Assembly: GCA_964016885.1 (NCBI GenBank)
Contig: OZ024740.1
Coordinates: 303,304,001 to 303,368,000, forward strand
DNA: 64,000 bases
Origin: Eledone cirrhosa
Lineage: Eukaryota
Direction: 5' to 3'
Notes under the pieces: model-generated
Told to the model about the DNA's origin: nothing
The model's database searches: none
What the model saw: only the letters and a program-made list of their open reading frames with translations
Program-made: the position numbers and the translations under genes
Shown here: positions 1-12,585 of the stretch, piece by piece
Layout: the number at the start of each line of letters is the position of its first letter
How positions within the stretch are numbered: position 1 is the first letter of the stretch

Positions 1-499
1 GCTAAATAATTCCACAATTAATCAGAAGTACAGATACTCACACGAATCTTACCACCAGCTGTTCATATTTTCTCTATTCCTTTCATCGAGAACCTAATTA
101 CCGATAATTAGTGAAATTAAGTGCCGAGACAACAAACGTAACACTGGAGAATAGAATATATGTGATCGTTATTTTTGCTTTTCTCTTCATATTATGCATT
201 TTTTAATAACAGTTCTATATTTAACGGCTGCTCGATATGTATGTATGTATGTATACCTAAAAAGGTAGTCCTAAGTAGGTATGGCAGAGAGATCTACTTT
301 GTGGCATTAAACAGTCACTGCATTCTACTTAAACGAATTATTTATTAATTAACCATAATAAGCTTAATTTTCTCCTACTTCCAACGCGAAAGATGGGGTG
401 GGGACATAACCTTATAATAGACTGATATCTTACCCAGAGAAGAGAATAATTTTACAAATGTTTAATGCCAATTAACGAGTGCATCGCGTCAAAGAGGTT

Positions 500-610
500 G
501 AAGAAGAAGAAGAAGAAGAAGAAGAAGAAGAAGAAGAAGAAGAAGAAGAAGAAGAAGAAGAAGAAGAAGAAGAAGAAGAAGAAGAAGAAGAAGAAGAAGA
601 AGAAGAAGAA
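500..610. repeat. (GAA)n microsatellite, ~37 units
   Basis: Pure GAA run; it explains the poly-K/E/S/L ORFs at 465-723. Confidence 0.98.
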
Positions 611-1066
611 TGTTTCCAAAAGTATTTATCCGATGCAAAATCTGCCCTTCGTTTCTTCGATGACACGACACCTCGCTGTAGTAACTGCTGTGTTTCGAAT
701 AACGAATGAAATATAAGTGTCATTATAATATTATATCTGCATCGTTTGAGTTCGTGATTCTTAATTGTAATCTAAGCATCATTGCGTGATCTGTTTACAA
801 TTCTCAATTGATCGGTCTGTTAGCACCAATGCTTTTATACTTTAACGCTGAGAGCAGAGACTATCATCCAATTCGCTCAGACCATTTAAGAAATTAATAT
901 GTAACTCACTCACGATCTATAATCTCAGCCTGTGACAACAAAATCTAATCAAGTCAATGTGAAAGTTTCTACGTAGTCACTCAACTTGCTAATAATACCA
1001 GTCGAATTACCCGCATATCACAACCTAAATTCTTTTTTTTAAATTAGGCCACATTATATATTATAC

Positions 1067-1256
1067 TGGCGGTGGATTGGCAGTATCGGTAGAGGGTTGG
1101 ACGCCATGCTTTCTAGCATAGTTACGTCCCTTTACAGTCTGAGTTCAAATCCCGCCGAGGTTAACTTTGCCTTTCATCCTTACGGGGTCGATAAAATAAA
1201 GTACCAGTAATGTACTGGGTAATTGCTGGCCTTGTGCCTAAAGTAGAAACAATTAT
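1067..1256 (+). mobile_element. tRNA-derived SINE, family A (Nin/Deu-domain-like core), full length
   Basis: A-box-like TGGCAGTATCGG, B-box GAGTTCAAATCCC, core GCCTTTCATCCTTACGGGGTCGATAAAATAAAGTACCAG and an ATT tail; ~20 copies in the window. Confidence 0.9.
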
Positions 1257-1269
1257 ATATTATACGTAC

Positions 1270-1742
1270 AAATGGATGACTGTATGACGCATATGTGTGA
1301 AGTACGAAGCTGCAATGTAGTGAAACATGGCCAGTGACTGCAGAAGGCATGCGTAAACTGGAGAGAAATGAAGTAGCTATGCTTCATTGGGTGAGCAACG
1401 TAAATGTGAGAGAAAGGCAGAGCTCGGATGAACTGAAGGAAAATCTGGGTTTAAGAGGAATCCGATGTGGTGTGCAGGAGAGAAGATTGCGTTGGTACGG
1501 ACATGTGATGCGCATGGATGATGATCGATGGGTGAAGAGGTACTAGGAAATGCCAGTGGATGGAAACCGCAGTAGAGGTAGACCAAGAAAGACCTGGGCA
1601 CGGGGGGGTGAGAGCTGACCTCAAATCGCTGAGATTCACAAATGTCGGAGAAAAGAGGTGAGTGGAGAGATGCCATGTTGAGAACGACCCATTCAACCCA
1701 TGCGAGCGTGGGAAAACGGACATAAAAACGATGATGGTGACG
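1270..1742 (+). mobile_element. RTE-clade LINE 3' fragment (ORF2 C-terminus plus tail)
   Basis: Translation contains ETW..., RRLRWYGHVMRMDDDRWVK and GRPRKT; tail CCCATGC...GGACATAAAAACGATGATG. Confidence 0.9.
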
Positions 1743-3164
1743 AAGATATACTGTGTTTGAAAATAAAAAGACGGGATCGATGTAATTGGATTGACTTACA
1801 TTGAAAGTCTGGCCTGAGATTAAACAACTAGATTTCTTTCGGTGAATAGTGGTTTGTTGTTATTGTTTAGTTACAGGTCAGACCTAAATGTGCTGTTACA
1901 ACCAGCCCATAATTATTTAAAGACAGTAAGTTTGAGGGAAATTTGGCTGTTAGTCCTGGCAAGTCGAGTAACGATGTAAAGGCTCTCCCCGTTGAATTCA
2001 ATTTCTATCAGGTACTTCTTTTGGAATTTTTTTTCATATAATTTACCAATTACATCCACACAGTGTTTAAGCATGTATTTCACCCACCAATGCGATCATA
2101 AGACTGCTCGATTATTTAAAAGTAAGCAACAATTATTTCGAGAAAAATTAATTCAGTATGATCAATGTGAAAAGATTAAGAATGCTGGTTTGATCGCAGG
2201 CAGTGTATTGACAGGATCATTAGAGCGTCGGGTAATATTTAAGGTATTTAGCTACGGCCATTTGCGTTCTGAGTTCAAATCCAGCTGACGTCAGTTTTGT
2301 TGGGGGCAGATAAATAAAACACCAATCAGATACTGGGGCCAATTTATATTCCTATAACACAACCTAGAATGGAATTGTTATAGAAGCCTAAGACAAAGAC
2401 AGTTAATATTTGATGTAATCAAGGTCAGTGTACGGGCAAAGAGGTATGTAGTGACCTACATTCTGAGGGCTCATACGTTGTTTGGTTCAGTTCAGCCAAT
2501 CGCTATCAGCGTAGGAAAATGTATTTCAACTTCCGCCGAAAGGGAAAAATTCCCGCTTCGCTTCGAAAATCTCTCTCTTGCAGCTCGACACCACCAAGGT
2601 AAACATCTCTTGATTTCGTTCCTCAAGCATAGACAATATGTAGCAACAAATATCACTACGGGTCTGGCTAACGCCTCAGCCAGTTGACCGTACTTCCTTA
2701 AACTCTTAATTTGTCTATTCATTTCTCTTGGCATGAGAGCTAAACCTTTGTAATCGGTTTGTAAATAAATTATATATTATAAACATTATAAAGTCGTATG
2801 ATGATATTTTCAACGACATTCCCTTGAACTGCTTCTTCGGTTACTCTCTGTGCTACAATACACAATCAAATATTAACATTCATAACACAACATAAACCCA
2901 TATATCTACCTCTCCTATTAACTATCATTAATAACCAAAATAACAATTAAACCAGTCTTCTAAAGGTAAATATATTTCAATCGTTGTTCTGTATTCTGAA
3001 ATCAGGGTCGATCTAGTCAAGTTAACCACACATTTACAAACATTGCTTTTGTATTTAATATCTTTGGCACTCCGTCGGTTTTGACAATGAACGTTCCAGT
3101 TGTTTTATCCACAAAATAACCTACGCATAAAATTAATGTGTAAGTGGCTGAGCATTCCACAAAC

Positions 3165-3710
3165 ATGTTTAGGAGATTAGTATCGGTGTACATATATGTA
3201 TTATCAGAAATGACAATAAATGCCGGTGTGTGTTGTGACAAGGTTTTACTTCACAGAAGTCAAATGAATTAATATAAATAAATGGTTACCCGTTGGTCAC
3301 AACTCCTAGGTTGGAGTGGGTAGAGAAGAACAGAAATCTTCTCTTGGCGGTGTTAGCATTTTCTTAGGCTGCCGGTGGTGTGCTTCTTGCTGGCGAAGGA
3401 AATGAGACAGGAATTCTTCTTCTTGCTGGCGAAGGAAATGAGACAGGAGTCATCAATGATAAGGTCATGAGATGACTCCTGTCATGTTGTCACTTCGGAG
3501 TTGAGGATGCTAGAGAGGCTGGTAGCCTAGCAGCCCCCAGATTTATAGTGCCCAGGGGGACGCAACTCCGTTTAGTACCTGAATCTGCCAATGGGGGTCG
3601 CGCCTATCGCAAAGGGACGTAACTCCTATTCGTGCTGAGTTACGACCGTCGTAAAGGGACGCAACTCCCATACGTGCTGAGTCACATCCGTAAAGGGGCG
3701 CTACGTTACA
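3165..3710 (-). mobile_element. Possible solo LTR inserted into a SINE remnant
   Basis: GC-richer block that starts TGTAAC on the minus strand, with a TATA-like CTATAAAT near 3545, an internal ~27-bp direct repeat (3384-3448) and GGGACGCAACTCC-like repeats. No clear TSD; the left boundary is uncertain. Confidence 0.45.
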
Positions 3711-4339
3711 CATGAAAAGTCTTAACGGAATTCTCGAAGGATGATCTAGTGTGTAACAAGGCTGGCGTTTTGAATTTCACGAACAACTCTTTTTTACCGG
3801 CTGCATGGATTGGAACCACGTTAAATAACGTGACTTGCTCAAGAACGTAACGTGACGCCGGGAATCGAACTCACTGAGCTATGTGCCTTCATTGTATTTA
3901 ATTAAGAAACTAATGATAATCATTCAACTATGATAAAGATAACAGATTCAGAGGAATGGTGAACGGGTTTCTCTCAAATTCATGTTCAAATCCCGTTTGC
4001 GTGAAGTTTATATTTCATCACTGTCAGGTCAATAAACTATTTTATAATATTTTTCTGCTTGTCACGATGTGTATTCAAATGTTACCCTTTCTAATGGAAA
4101 TAACCTCATCTTCTCCTCGGTTGTTATTCCTATCTGTTGCTGTTGGACTTGCTGACACATCAAGTGAAGGCAAGAGTTAACAAGTGCTAGTATGGAGAGT
4201 TGACACGCTCAGAAAGAGAAGAGATTGATGCGGCTAGGAAAGATTAATATTTCTTATATTGTTACTAAGTCCTAATTATTCAAAAGCCCCAGTCCATTAT
4301 CATAAACACTTCTAACATAATGAAACAATGTTATAAATA

Positions 4340-4745
4340 TATAAATTCTGCAGAAGACATGCGTTGACTGGAGTGACATGAAGCAGTCATGTTTCGTTGG
4401 ATGTGCCACGTAAATGTGAGAAAAAGGCAGAGCTTGAATGAATTGAGGGAGAAGCTGGGTTTAAGAGGAATCCGAGGTGGTGTGCATACGGACATGTGAT
4501 AGACATGGATGGTGATCGATAGGTGAAGAAGTGCCAGGAAATGCCAGTGGAAAGAAGCCGCAGAGTCGGTAGATCGAGAAAGACCTGAACAGAGGTTGTG
4601 AGAGTAGACCTCAAATCACTGAGACTCATAGAGATAACAAAGAATCGCGAGGAATGAAGAGATGCTGTGCTGAGAAGGACCAGTCTAACCCATGCAAAGA
4701 TGGAAAAACGGTCTTAAAAACGACGTTGATGAGGGTGATGATGAT
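4340..4745 (+). mobile_element. RTE LINE 3' fragment (degenerate)
   Basis: Homologous to 1270-1742, with the same tail; contains stops. Confidence 0.85.
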
Positions 4746-4828
4746 ATACAAATGTATGTATCAAATTTAAAGTATGAAACTGTAGAAAGCTTGGCATTTC
4801 CGCAGATCTCGTTAGTTACTATTAATAG

Positions 4829-5128
4829 GTACTATTTAATTCCTGCTATTTAACCTGCTGATCGAACTTTCCCTAGGGGGTTTGGAGTAAGCAGGGAGTT
4901 GGAAAGTCGGTAATGTTTCCAGGTTGTCTCCATTGATTTTTAAAAAACGGAATTAGTCGTTTAGTTTACATATTGAGGCCCCAACCCGTTCTATTTATTT
5001 TATAACGTATGGGATTTCTTGTAAAGTACTTTTTTTGACATATATAATGTGTTGTTTTTTTTTAATGTATAAAGGAAATTAATTGTCGCAGGAATGTGGA
5101 GGGGACTATTGTTTGTGAGCCAAGAGTA
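4829..5128. mobile_element. MITE (Tc1/mariner-pogo-like family), degenerate copy
   Basis: Internal sequence shared with 18688-19060, 50224-50634 and 51015-51300; the right end resembles the TIR (...GCCAAGAGTA). Confidence 0.55.
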
Positions 5129-6179
5129 TACATTAGGAGGCTTTCACAACATTAAATATGTTTATTTTAGACACCAGGAGCCATTAGTTTAGAAAAGATA
5201 TAAATAAGACAGTGAAAAATGCTGCCTTTCTCAAAACTATTAATAATGTAATTAAAAAGTATTAGAGTATCGAAAGAGATTCTTGGTCTCCATCAGCAGC
5301 GATTTGGGGGTGGGTGTTGACTGGGCAGTGGTCAAAAACACCACAACATTTAATGGGCTCCAAATTAATGTTTTTGCTACTATAAATAATATGCAAGGCC
5401 TCTGATAACCAATAAAATATTCATCCAGGGTCCTCATCCAAGCTTAATCTGCCATAAACTTACTTCTTGTTTTAAATGACACAACAAGAGAAATTTATAG
5501 TGAACTAGTACAGCCTAAGTATATTTATTACAGATAGTGTCTTTAACGACACATACACTGGAATGAAAAACAAAATCAACTTCATTGGGGAATTTGAATT
5601 TGAAATAGTAAGACAGTGAATACCATAATATAAATCAATGTGTACAGTTGTGTGCCAAATGCTCTAACTTCATACACGTTAATAATTAAACATTTGGAGA
5701 TGAGATTAATTATTTAAACAACTTTGATGCAACTCACCTTGCCAACGAGGAAACAGTCTTGCTATTTATAGCACCAATAATCCTTTATCATTTACACTAC
5801 TCTATATTTACTATTGTATTTTTGCAGTAAAGACTTTATCTCACATAATATTGAATCGATGAGATTTTGATGACATTATTATTTATTTTGAGAGCACTCC
5901 CTTAACATCAGTATGTGGGGCCAGTTACAGCCAGTTTGAACAGAATTAAGTGAGAGAATTCTGGCTAAATATGGCCAGTTTAAATGATAAAGGGATAATA
6001 TATATGTGGGAGAGAAAGTATGTGAGTGGGTACTTAAGAACTGAGGCTTAGTGTTTAAGATGCTGGGCTCACAATCATAAAATGGTTAGTTTCATTCTGG
6101 GACAGGAGGATACGTTGTGTCCTTGAGCCAGATACTTTATGATATATTGCTCCAATCCTCCCAGAGATTCTTTCCTGAG

Positions 6180-7290
6180 ACATTCTAACCTCATATCCAT
6201 AGTATCAGATCTGTGAGCTCTCAATTTGGAAAAGTAGCTGCTTTACCTGGAGCAACTGTCTGATCTCTGAGCTATGCACTCTATCAAGTAACATTACTCC
6301 AAAGACCCTTCAGAAGAACCCCATTTCAACTGCTTGTATTCATAATCATATTCTTTCGGTCATTATACAAGATTCATGACCATAGGTAAAGATTGGCATG
6401 AATACCAAATTGAAGATAGCGAGTTTGGTTTGTACACCTTCCTCCCTTCTGCTTACCAGTTGCTGAAGCTGGCACACTACTGCACAAGCTCCTGCAATTC
6501 TTGCACTTAATTCAGCCATTTAGCCTCCTGCCTTCCATCACTCTTGAACATGGCCCCAAGATATTTGAACTTCTCCATCTGCTTCAGTGAAACTCCATTC
6601 ACATGTAGAGTGCACTGTGCAGGCTTCTTGCAGAGGACGAGTGTCTCAGTTTTCATAGCAGTGATTTTCATTCCAGCCATGCAGCACTTGGCATCAAACC
6701 AATCAAGTGCAAGTCAAAGATCACCTTCTGTCGATTTAAGTATTACCATGTCGTCTGTAAATTCCAACAAACAGATTCTACACCTGCCAGTTGTGATACC
6801 ACTTTCAACCCAGCTGCGCAAGTCAGTCCTGTTCATGAAAATAATAACCAGGAGAGGTGACAAAATGCACCCTTAGCAGATTCCAACTTGCATACTGAGT
6901 GGTTTCGATTTAGCACCATTTATCTGAACACAAATACCCGGGCATTCATATAGCGACATCAGGGCAACAAGCAGCTGATCATCGATCCCATACTCATGCA
7001 TAACCTTCTCCAGCAGGTCTCCTGGAACCACAATGATCATCAGCTAGCTTGGATTCAACAATCTCTGTACATCTCCTTGCTAGACACTTAGGATAGACTT
7101 TACCGGAGAGACTTAACAAGGAGATCCCTCTTTAATTGGAGCAATCTCTCTTGTCTCCCTTTTTGAAAATTGGGATTATCACTCCTGATTGCCATTGTTT
7201 AGGTGTCTTTCCAGATATCCAGGCCACCTGGCACACACAAGTCACACACTATTTTCTAGTTAAGGCTTTTAACATCTCAGTCTGAATTTC
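6180..7290 (-). mobile_element. RTE-clade LINE reverse transcriptase fragment (second RTE family)
   Basis: The minus strand reads ...GCILSPLLVIIFMN...LEFTDDMVIL...GMKITAMKTE...EKFKYLG, with stops. Confidence 0.85.
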
Positions 7291-7469
7291 AGTGCTACTA
7301 ACAAATATAACATCAGTTACCTCATTCTTTAACAGTTGTTATTACTGTTATTTATCTTCCTGGTCAGCCCTTGATCAAACATGCCATAGTTGATCAAGTT
7401 GAAACTATCTCATCTCTTTTGTTCAGGTATCTATGACTACATTATCTTAAGTACTACTGATAACATGTT

Positions 7470-7960
7470 ACAGGGTTCAACCTGTCACATTGTTGACTCG
7501 TCAGCTACTAAACCAGCAACCTCACCAAGCAAGCTTGGTGAGCAGGGCGATTTTTAGACATCCTGCAGGGTGAAAAACAAAATCTGTAAAAGGCTGGAAG
7601 AACTCAGGAGAATCAACAGCCATCCATTAGTGTGTAAAAAAAAAAACATGAACAGACAGAGTTTCTTAGCCTTAGCAGTCTCTCAGGAAGAATAACTCTG
7701 ATTTCAAAACCGAAGTAGATAAGACTCCTTAGTCACCATGGTGAAACCTTTCAAGTGACCAATGGCTTCATCCCTGTAATGAAGATGGATGAGCTGCAGC
7801 TCAGTAACCAGCTTCCGAGTAATGGTCAGACGAGGATTTGGGACCTACCAACATCACTTTTTTCCCCAATAAAAATCATGGACATACATCATATAGATGA
7901 GCATTGATGCAATTGTCTATGGTTCCAACCCAGCAATGAGAGAGGGATGAAATACCAGTA
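7470..7960 (+). repeat. Interspersed repeat (probable LINE 5' UTR or SINE-like)
   Basis: A reverse-complement partial copy lies at ~20190-20350 (CACCAAGC...TTTTAGACATCCTG...GAAGAACTC). Confidence 0.5.
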
Positions 7961-8284
7961 ATTTTCTGGTGTTAATTTAATTGACATGCCACCTTCATAA
8001 AAGTCATAGGCCAAAGTGAGAAATCAATGTATTCATCAATGGAATAGAAAAAAATGAGACTATTTCATTTGCTGGTTGCAGTGGCATATAATGACAGCCA
8101 CAACTTCCCATTTACTTATCTTCTCAATTATTAACCTTCAGTACCTTTTAGATATAAATATTTATAATCTATATAATGGGCATTGTAGAATCAACAATCC
8201 AACTCAGTGACCCGGTTTCAGTTCCTATTCGAAACTGCTTTCTTTTCACTCACATAACATAAATATTACAACTCCCAATATCAT

Positions 8285-8556
8285 CATCATCATCTTTTCC
8301 TTCTTCTTCTTCTTTTCTTCCTTCTCCTTCCTTCACCTCTTCCACCTCATCCTTCTTCTTCTCATCTTCGTCCTTCTACTTCTTTTCCTCCTCGTCTTCC
8401 TTCTTTTTCCTCCTCATCCTTCTTCTTTTCTTCTTCATCCTTCTTCGTATTTTCCTTTTCATCCTTCTTTTCCTTCTCATCTTTCTTCTTCTTTTCCTCC
8501 TTGTTCTTCTTCTTCCTTTCCATCTCATTCTTCTTCTTTGTTTCCTTTTTCTTCTA
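8285..8556. repeat. Degenerate (TTC/TCC)n polypyrimidine tract
   Basis: ~270 bp that are almost all C/T. Confidence 0.9.
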
Positions 8557-9044
8557 TTTTCATACCTATGTGAAACCCAATTATTTACTATTGATTATGG
8601 AATAATTGAATAATCGATACTGGAATGATTAATTTTGTGAACAGGGAGTTATTTACTACAAGGGGAGAGAGAGAGAGAGAGAGGGAGAGAGAGAGATGAT
8701 TATATATTAATAATCTGTCAGTAAACAACTTGAAGGAAATTACATTCAGTGAAGACAGCTTCCTTGACACTAGCAAATATTCGGTGTGGAAATTGGCAGT
8801 GGAAAGAGAAAAAGGTATGATGGATTGATTACAGAAAACGAAGGAATTATTCCTAGTGATGAACAAATTTATTCATAGAGACGAAAGAATGTATTCATAG
8901 AGTAGACGGAAATTAATCATACAAATAATTGGACTGAAATATTAAAAGAAAGTAATATTATTTGAGACAAAATGAGTGTTATTCATGAAGAAAAGAAGAA
9001 AGTTGAGTTTTCATGAAGACCAAAATATATATTCTTTATCCGTA

Positions 9045-9340
9045 TTAATTATTATTGTTATTATTATTGCACATTGTCACTGCTTTCCCGAGCACATATC
9101 TGTGCGCCTTAGGTATGAGCAGTGTAGTTTTTGCTGGTGTTGTTTCTATTGTATTAATAGTACCTTTCGTAGTATGTGTGCAGTGCCTTGTATGTTCTAC
9201 ATATTTGTAAGTCTTAGTGTTTTTGGTTATATATCTGTCTGCATGCTTTTTTTTATCATTCCGAGAGCACCTATTATTATAGATCTTGTTTCTGTTTTCA
9301 TTTTCCACATTCGAGTTATTTCTATCTCTAGATATTTATA
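9045..9340 (-). mobile_element. R4/Dong-like (RLE endonuclease) LINE 3' fragment, left half of an interrupted copy
   Basis: The minus strand reads YKYLEIEITRMWKMKTET..IIIGALGMIKK, followed by an (AAT)n tail. Confidence 0.8.
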
Positions 9341-10449
9341 CCAGATAGAAAAATGCATACAGCAAAAAAAAGTAATATTGTTGGAATATAAACCTTTAAA
9401 AATACAGGACAAGAAACTAAAATAAAACTTTAAAAGAATAGGACAAGAAACTGAGATAAAACTTTAAAAGAATAGGACAAGAAACTAAGATAAAACTTTA
9501 AAGAATTGGACAAGAAATAAAAAATTTTACAATAATATTAGTGGCAAAATTTTTATTGGTAAAAAATCGAGTTTCACATTCATAGGCTCTGGGTTCCACA
9601 TTCAGAGGTCGTCGTCAGACCGGGGGATCATTTGATCCTGGTTTGAACACCAATTGGGCCATAACCATACCCCTATTTCATCATTCGGCGACACGCCTCA
9701 TGTATCATGCATAATGTGAATGGACCCATGGGCCCATGAGCACAGATCTTGAGCAGCAGCGGACGGTCTTGTCGTCCCGCTCATCCTTGATCTTGACCAA
9801 CCCGTCCATCTTCTCCTTGCATCTTTTCCTTGAGTTCAAGTCCGGCAGTCCAGATGAATGCGTGCCACAGCTTTCTGGTACAGGAAGGGGGAGCAGGAGG
9901 ACTGGAGGGATGACGGGACAGAGGGAGGGAGGTGCCGTAGTCGGTGGTCAGAGTCGACATCTTGTCCTGGTCGTCTTCTCCATCTTCGTCTGGTGTTGCG
10001 GGACCAGAAGTGCATTCTTGGAGGAGACCTGCAGCTGCATCGGCCAATTCTTCTTGCAATGGTCATTCTGACGGAGTAGAACTGCTCAGCCAACCAACCC
10101 CAACCAGAACCAACCGCTCAGGGGCAACGCACAATGAGAGCATGACAATTATTATGCATTAATCAAGAAGATACTGGGGCATAGCACAGGAAACGAATAG
10201 AAAAATGTTGCCACTAATATTATTGTAAAATTTTTTATTTCTTGTCCAATTCTTTAAAGTTTTATCTTAGTTTCTTGTCCTATTCTTTTAAAGTTTTATC
10301 TTAGTTTCTTGTCCTATTCTTTTAAAGTTTTATCTTAGTTTCTTGTCCTATTCTTTTAAAGTTTTATTTTAGTTTCTTGTCCTGTATTTTTAAAGGTTTA
10401 TATTCCAACAATATTACTTTTTTTTGCTGTACGCATTTTTCTATCTGGT
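9340..10449. repeat. Long inverted repeat (arms 9340-9547 and 10208-10449) with 34-bp tandem subunits
   Basis: The arms are near-identical reverse complements. The right arm has one extra AGGACAAGAAACTAAGATAAAACTTTAAAAGAAT unit. Confidence 0.95.
9600..10143 (-). pseudogene. GC-rich degenerate coding-like segment of unknown function inside the inverted repeat
   Basis: Abrupt GC rise. ORF 9781-10059 has acidic and Pro/Ser-rich tracts, and the frame continues past single stops on both sides. An AATAAA lies on the minus strand at ~9553. Confidence 0.4.
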
Positions 10450-10721
10450 CTACTATTTTTAAGGCAATGCAAGCAACAACTATCTAATAATTAAATGATC
10501 ATAGTGAATTACTGACAAGTGATTGACATTTTAAAGTTCTTTTGAGTATGATTGCAATCTAGTTGAGGCAACGGGCTTAATGACAAAGCTAGTAAATCAT
10601 GAATGCATTTGAGATGATTAGTGCATAATAGTGAATTGGTGAAACTTGTGCATTTCAATGGTGTTACAACAATAGATGTAAGTTATATAGTAGTAATACT
10701 TTATCATTTTAACTTTTTAGA

Positions 10722-11081
10722 ATGGACAAAAACCCATGCAAAGAAATGACTTTGACTGCAGTGATTCTCTCCAATTTACTTACAAAGCAAAACGTGGTCA
10801 AATACCTTATCATCTCTGATAAAATGCCCATTGAATCACTGAAAATCGGATGCATGGAATTCCTCATAAAATGCACCTATGAATCGGAAGCCATCACATA
10901 TATCAATGGATATAGGGAGTTGTTCACACTGGAAGACCATCACTTCATTTGTGACTTCATCAGTTATCTCCACAATTATCTCAGACACCCAATGCCATTG
11001 ATGAGAGGTGATCCAATGTGTGAGCATGTAACTAATCTTATAGAAGTTGTTATCGACCACCTGGCTTTTAGTGACATTTGA
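10722..11081 (+). CDS. Hypothetical 119-aa protein (element cargo, no recognised family)
   Basis: Open ATG-TGA frame of normal complexity in AT-rich DNA, preceded by a pyrimidine tract and AG (TTTTAACTTTTTAG|AATG), a likely splice acceptor. Confidence 0.5.
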   Translation: MDKNPCKEMTLTAVILSNLLTKQNVVKYLIISDKMPIESLKIGCMEFLIKCTYESEAITYINGYRELFTLEDHHFICDFISYLHNYLRHPMPLMRGDPMCEHVTNLIEVVIDHLAFSDI

Positions 11082-11261
11082 CTGATTTGACTGATAATGA
11101 TGTATTTTTAAAAAGTATGTGTACATTCTTGTTACTATTTTAAGACAATGCAAGCAACAACTATTTAATAAAATTTTAATTTAAAAATGACCATTGTGCA
11201 TTACTAGTATGATGACATTTTATTAAGTCACAAAATTAGTCAGTCAGCCATAGAACAAGGA

Positions 11262-11933
11262 TCAGGTGGCAAAAACATTGGCAAAAATTTGTGTCAATTT
11301 AAGATTTCCAACATTGTTCAAATGAATCATATCTGGTTTGAAGTCAGATTTGTCAAATTTTGACCAATTTTCAATGTTGTGAAGATTGGGCAAGTTCAAT
11401 TTTTGAATCATTTCTTTCATGCAGTAATTAAACTTTTCCAAATGAGAATTTCTCTTGCCCAAGTCATTTTTATTTTCAATTACACTTTGTGGACGTGGAA
11501 TGACACCACTGTAGAAAATGGGTGTACAGTGGTGCTTTTCCGCTATTTTCTGTAGCCTTGCAAAGAGACTCTTCCCCTGTTTTTCCGGTTTTGTGCCTCG
11601 AATGGGCACTTTGTCCTTAATTTACAAATAAATGATTAATATAAAATACTTGGGCAAAAATTATTGTATTACTTTGCACAGCTTTGTAGTGCCAACGCTG
11701 CGACGAGGATTCAGATCATTAGAGCCGACATGAACCACCAATACTTTCACAAAAGAACAACAGATAACAATGTTGGCGATTAACATTACCTGGCCTTGAC
11801 GGGCCCCAGGTATACAAAATATCTAAGTATTTTTGTTGGTATGATAAGTAAATACATTTGAATTAATATTTTTATACCTTCTGGTCATTCTATTTCGCCA
11901 CATTTCTAATTATGGATTTGTAAAAACTGGCAT
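11262..11933 (-). pseudogene. Three-exon SGNH/GDSL-family hydrolase (esterase), disrupted in exon 1
   Basis: Exon 1 11933-11878 (MPVFT/x-SIIRNV; 1-nt frameshift and a TAG). GT-AG intron 11877-11823. Exon 2 11822-11673 (IFCIPGAR...VLVVHVGSNDL). GT-AG intron 11672-11616. Exon 3 11615-11262 (SGVIPR...DMIHLNNVG). Blocks I, II, III and V are in the SGNH order. Confidence 0.8.
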
Positions 11934-12585
11934 GAATGTGAATTTGATCAGTCCAATTGCCCGATTTTAGTGAAAAGTTTTGATTCGAAATGGAAATACT
12001 CCATTTCCGTGCCATGGAAAAAATGAATAAGCCGATCAAAAAGCCGCGAAACATCATTTTTAATTAAGCGAAATTAGTGGATGCAAATCTCAGAAAATAT
12101 TGTACACTATTCGCACCTATCGCACTATTCGCACCTATCGGTACAAAAAATCGCACGACTGTTAATAATACTAGAAGTGCAAACTATCTGTTGAATACCT
12201 GGTATATGAAGAGCAACCGATGCGATCGGTCTTGAAGAAGAATGAAGAATGAAGTGAAATTTTGGTCTGGTTGTTGTCATCGGTGTTTCGCAGAGATGCC
12301 GGCACGAACAAAGGTGTCAGTGACACAAAGTTGTCCGCTTGAACAAAGGTGTCGGTCCGACAAAGGTGTCAGTCAGACAGACAGTCAGACAGTGTCACAG
12401 TCGGTGCGACAAAGCGATCGATGCGACTAAAAAAAATTTACCTCACATGTTTACCTATATTTTCGCAAACTATTGATAGATTGGTACAAAAAATAGCTTT
12501 GATAATAAACATAAATTTTTAACGAAGTATTTAAAAAGCATTTTAGCAGGGAAAAGTGAAGTAATGTTTCACACTGACGCAAGTA

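Noticed and set aside
465-723. Poly-K/E/S/L ORFs
   Set aside because: (GAA)n microsatellite.
3442-3483. 13-bp-stem hairpin resembling a terminator
   Set aside because: It lies within an LTR-like repeat in eukaryotic DNA, with no U-tract or upstream gene.
8976-9425. 149-aa hydrophobic plus-strand ORF
   Set aside because: Antisense to the LINE fragment and spans the insertion junction; a chance ORF.
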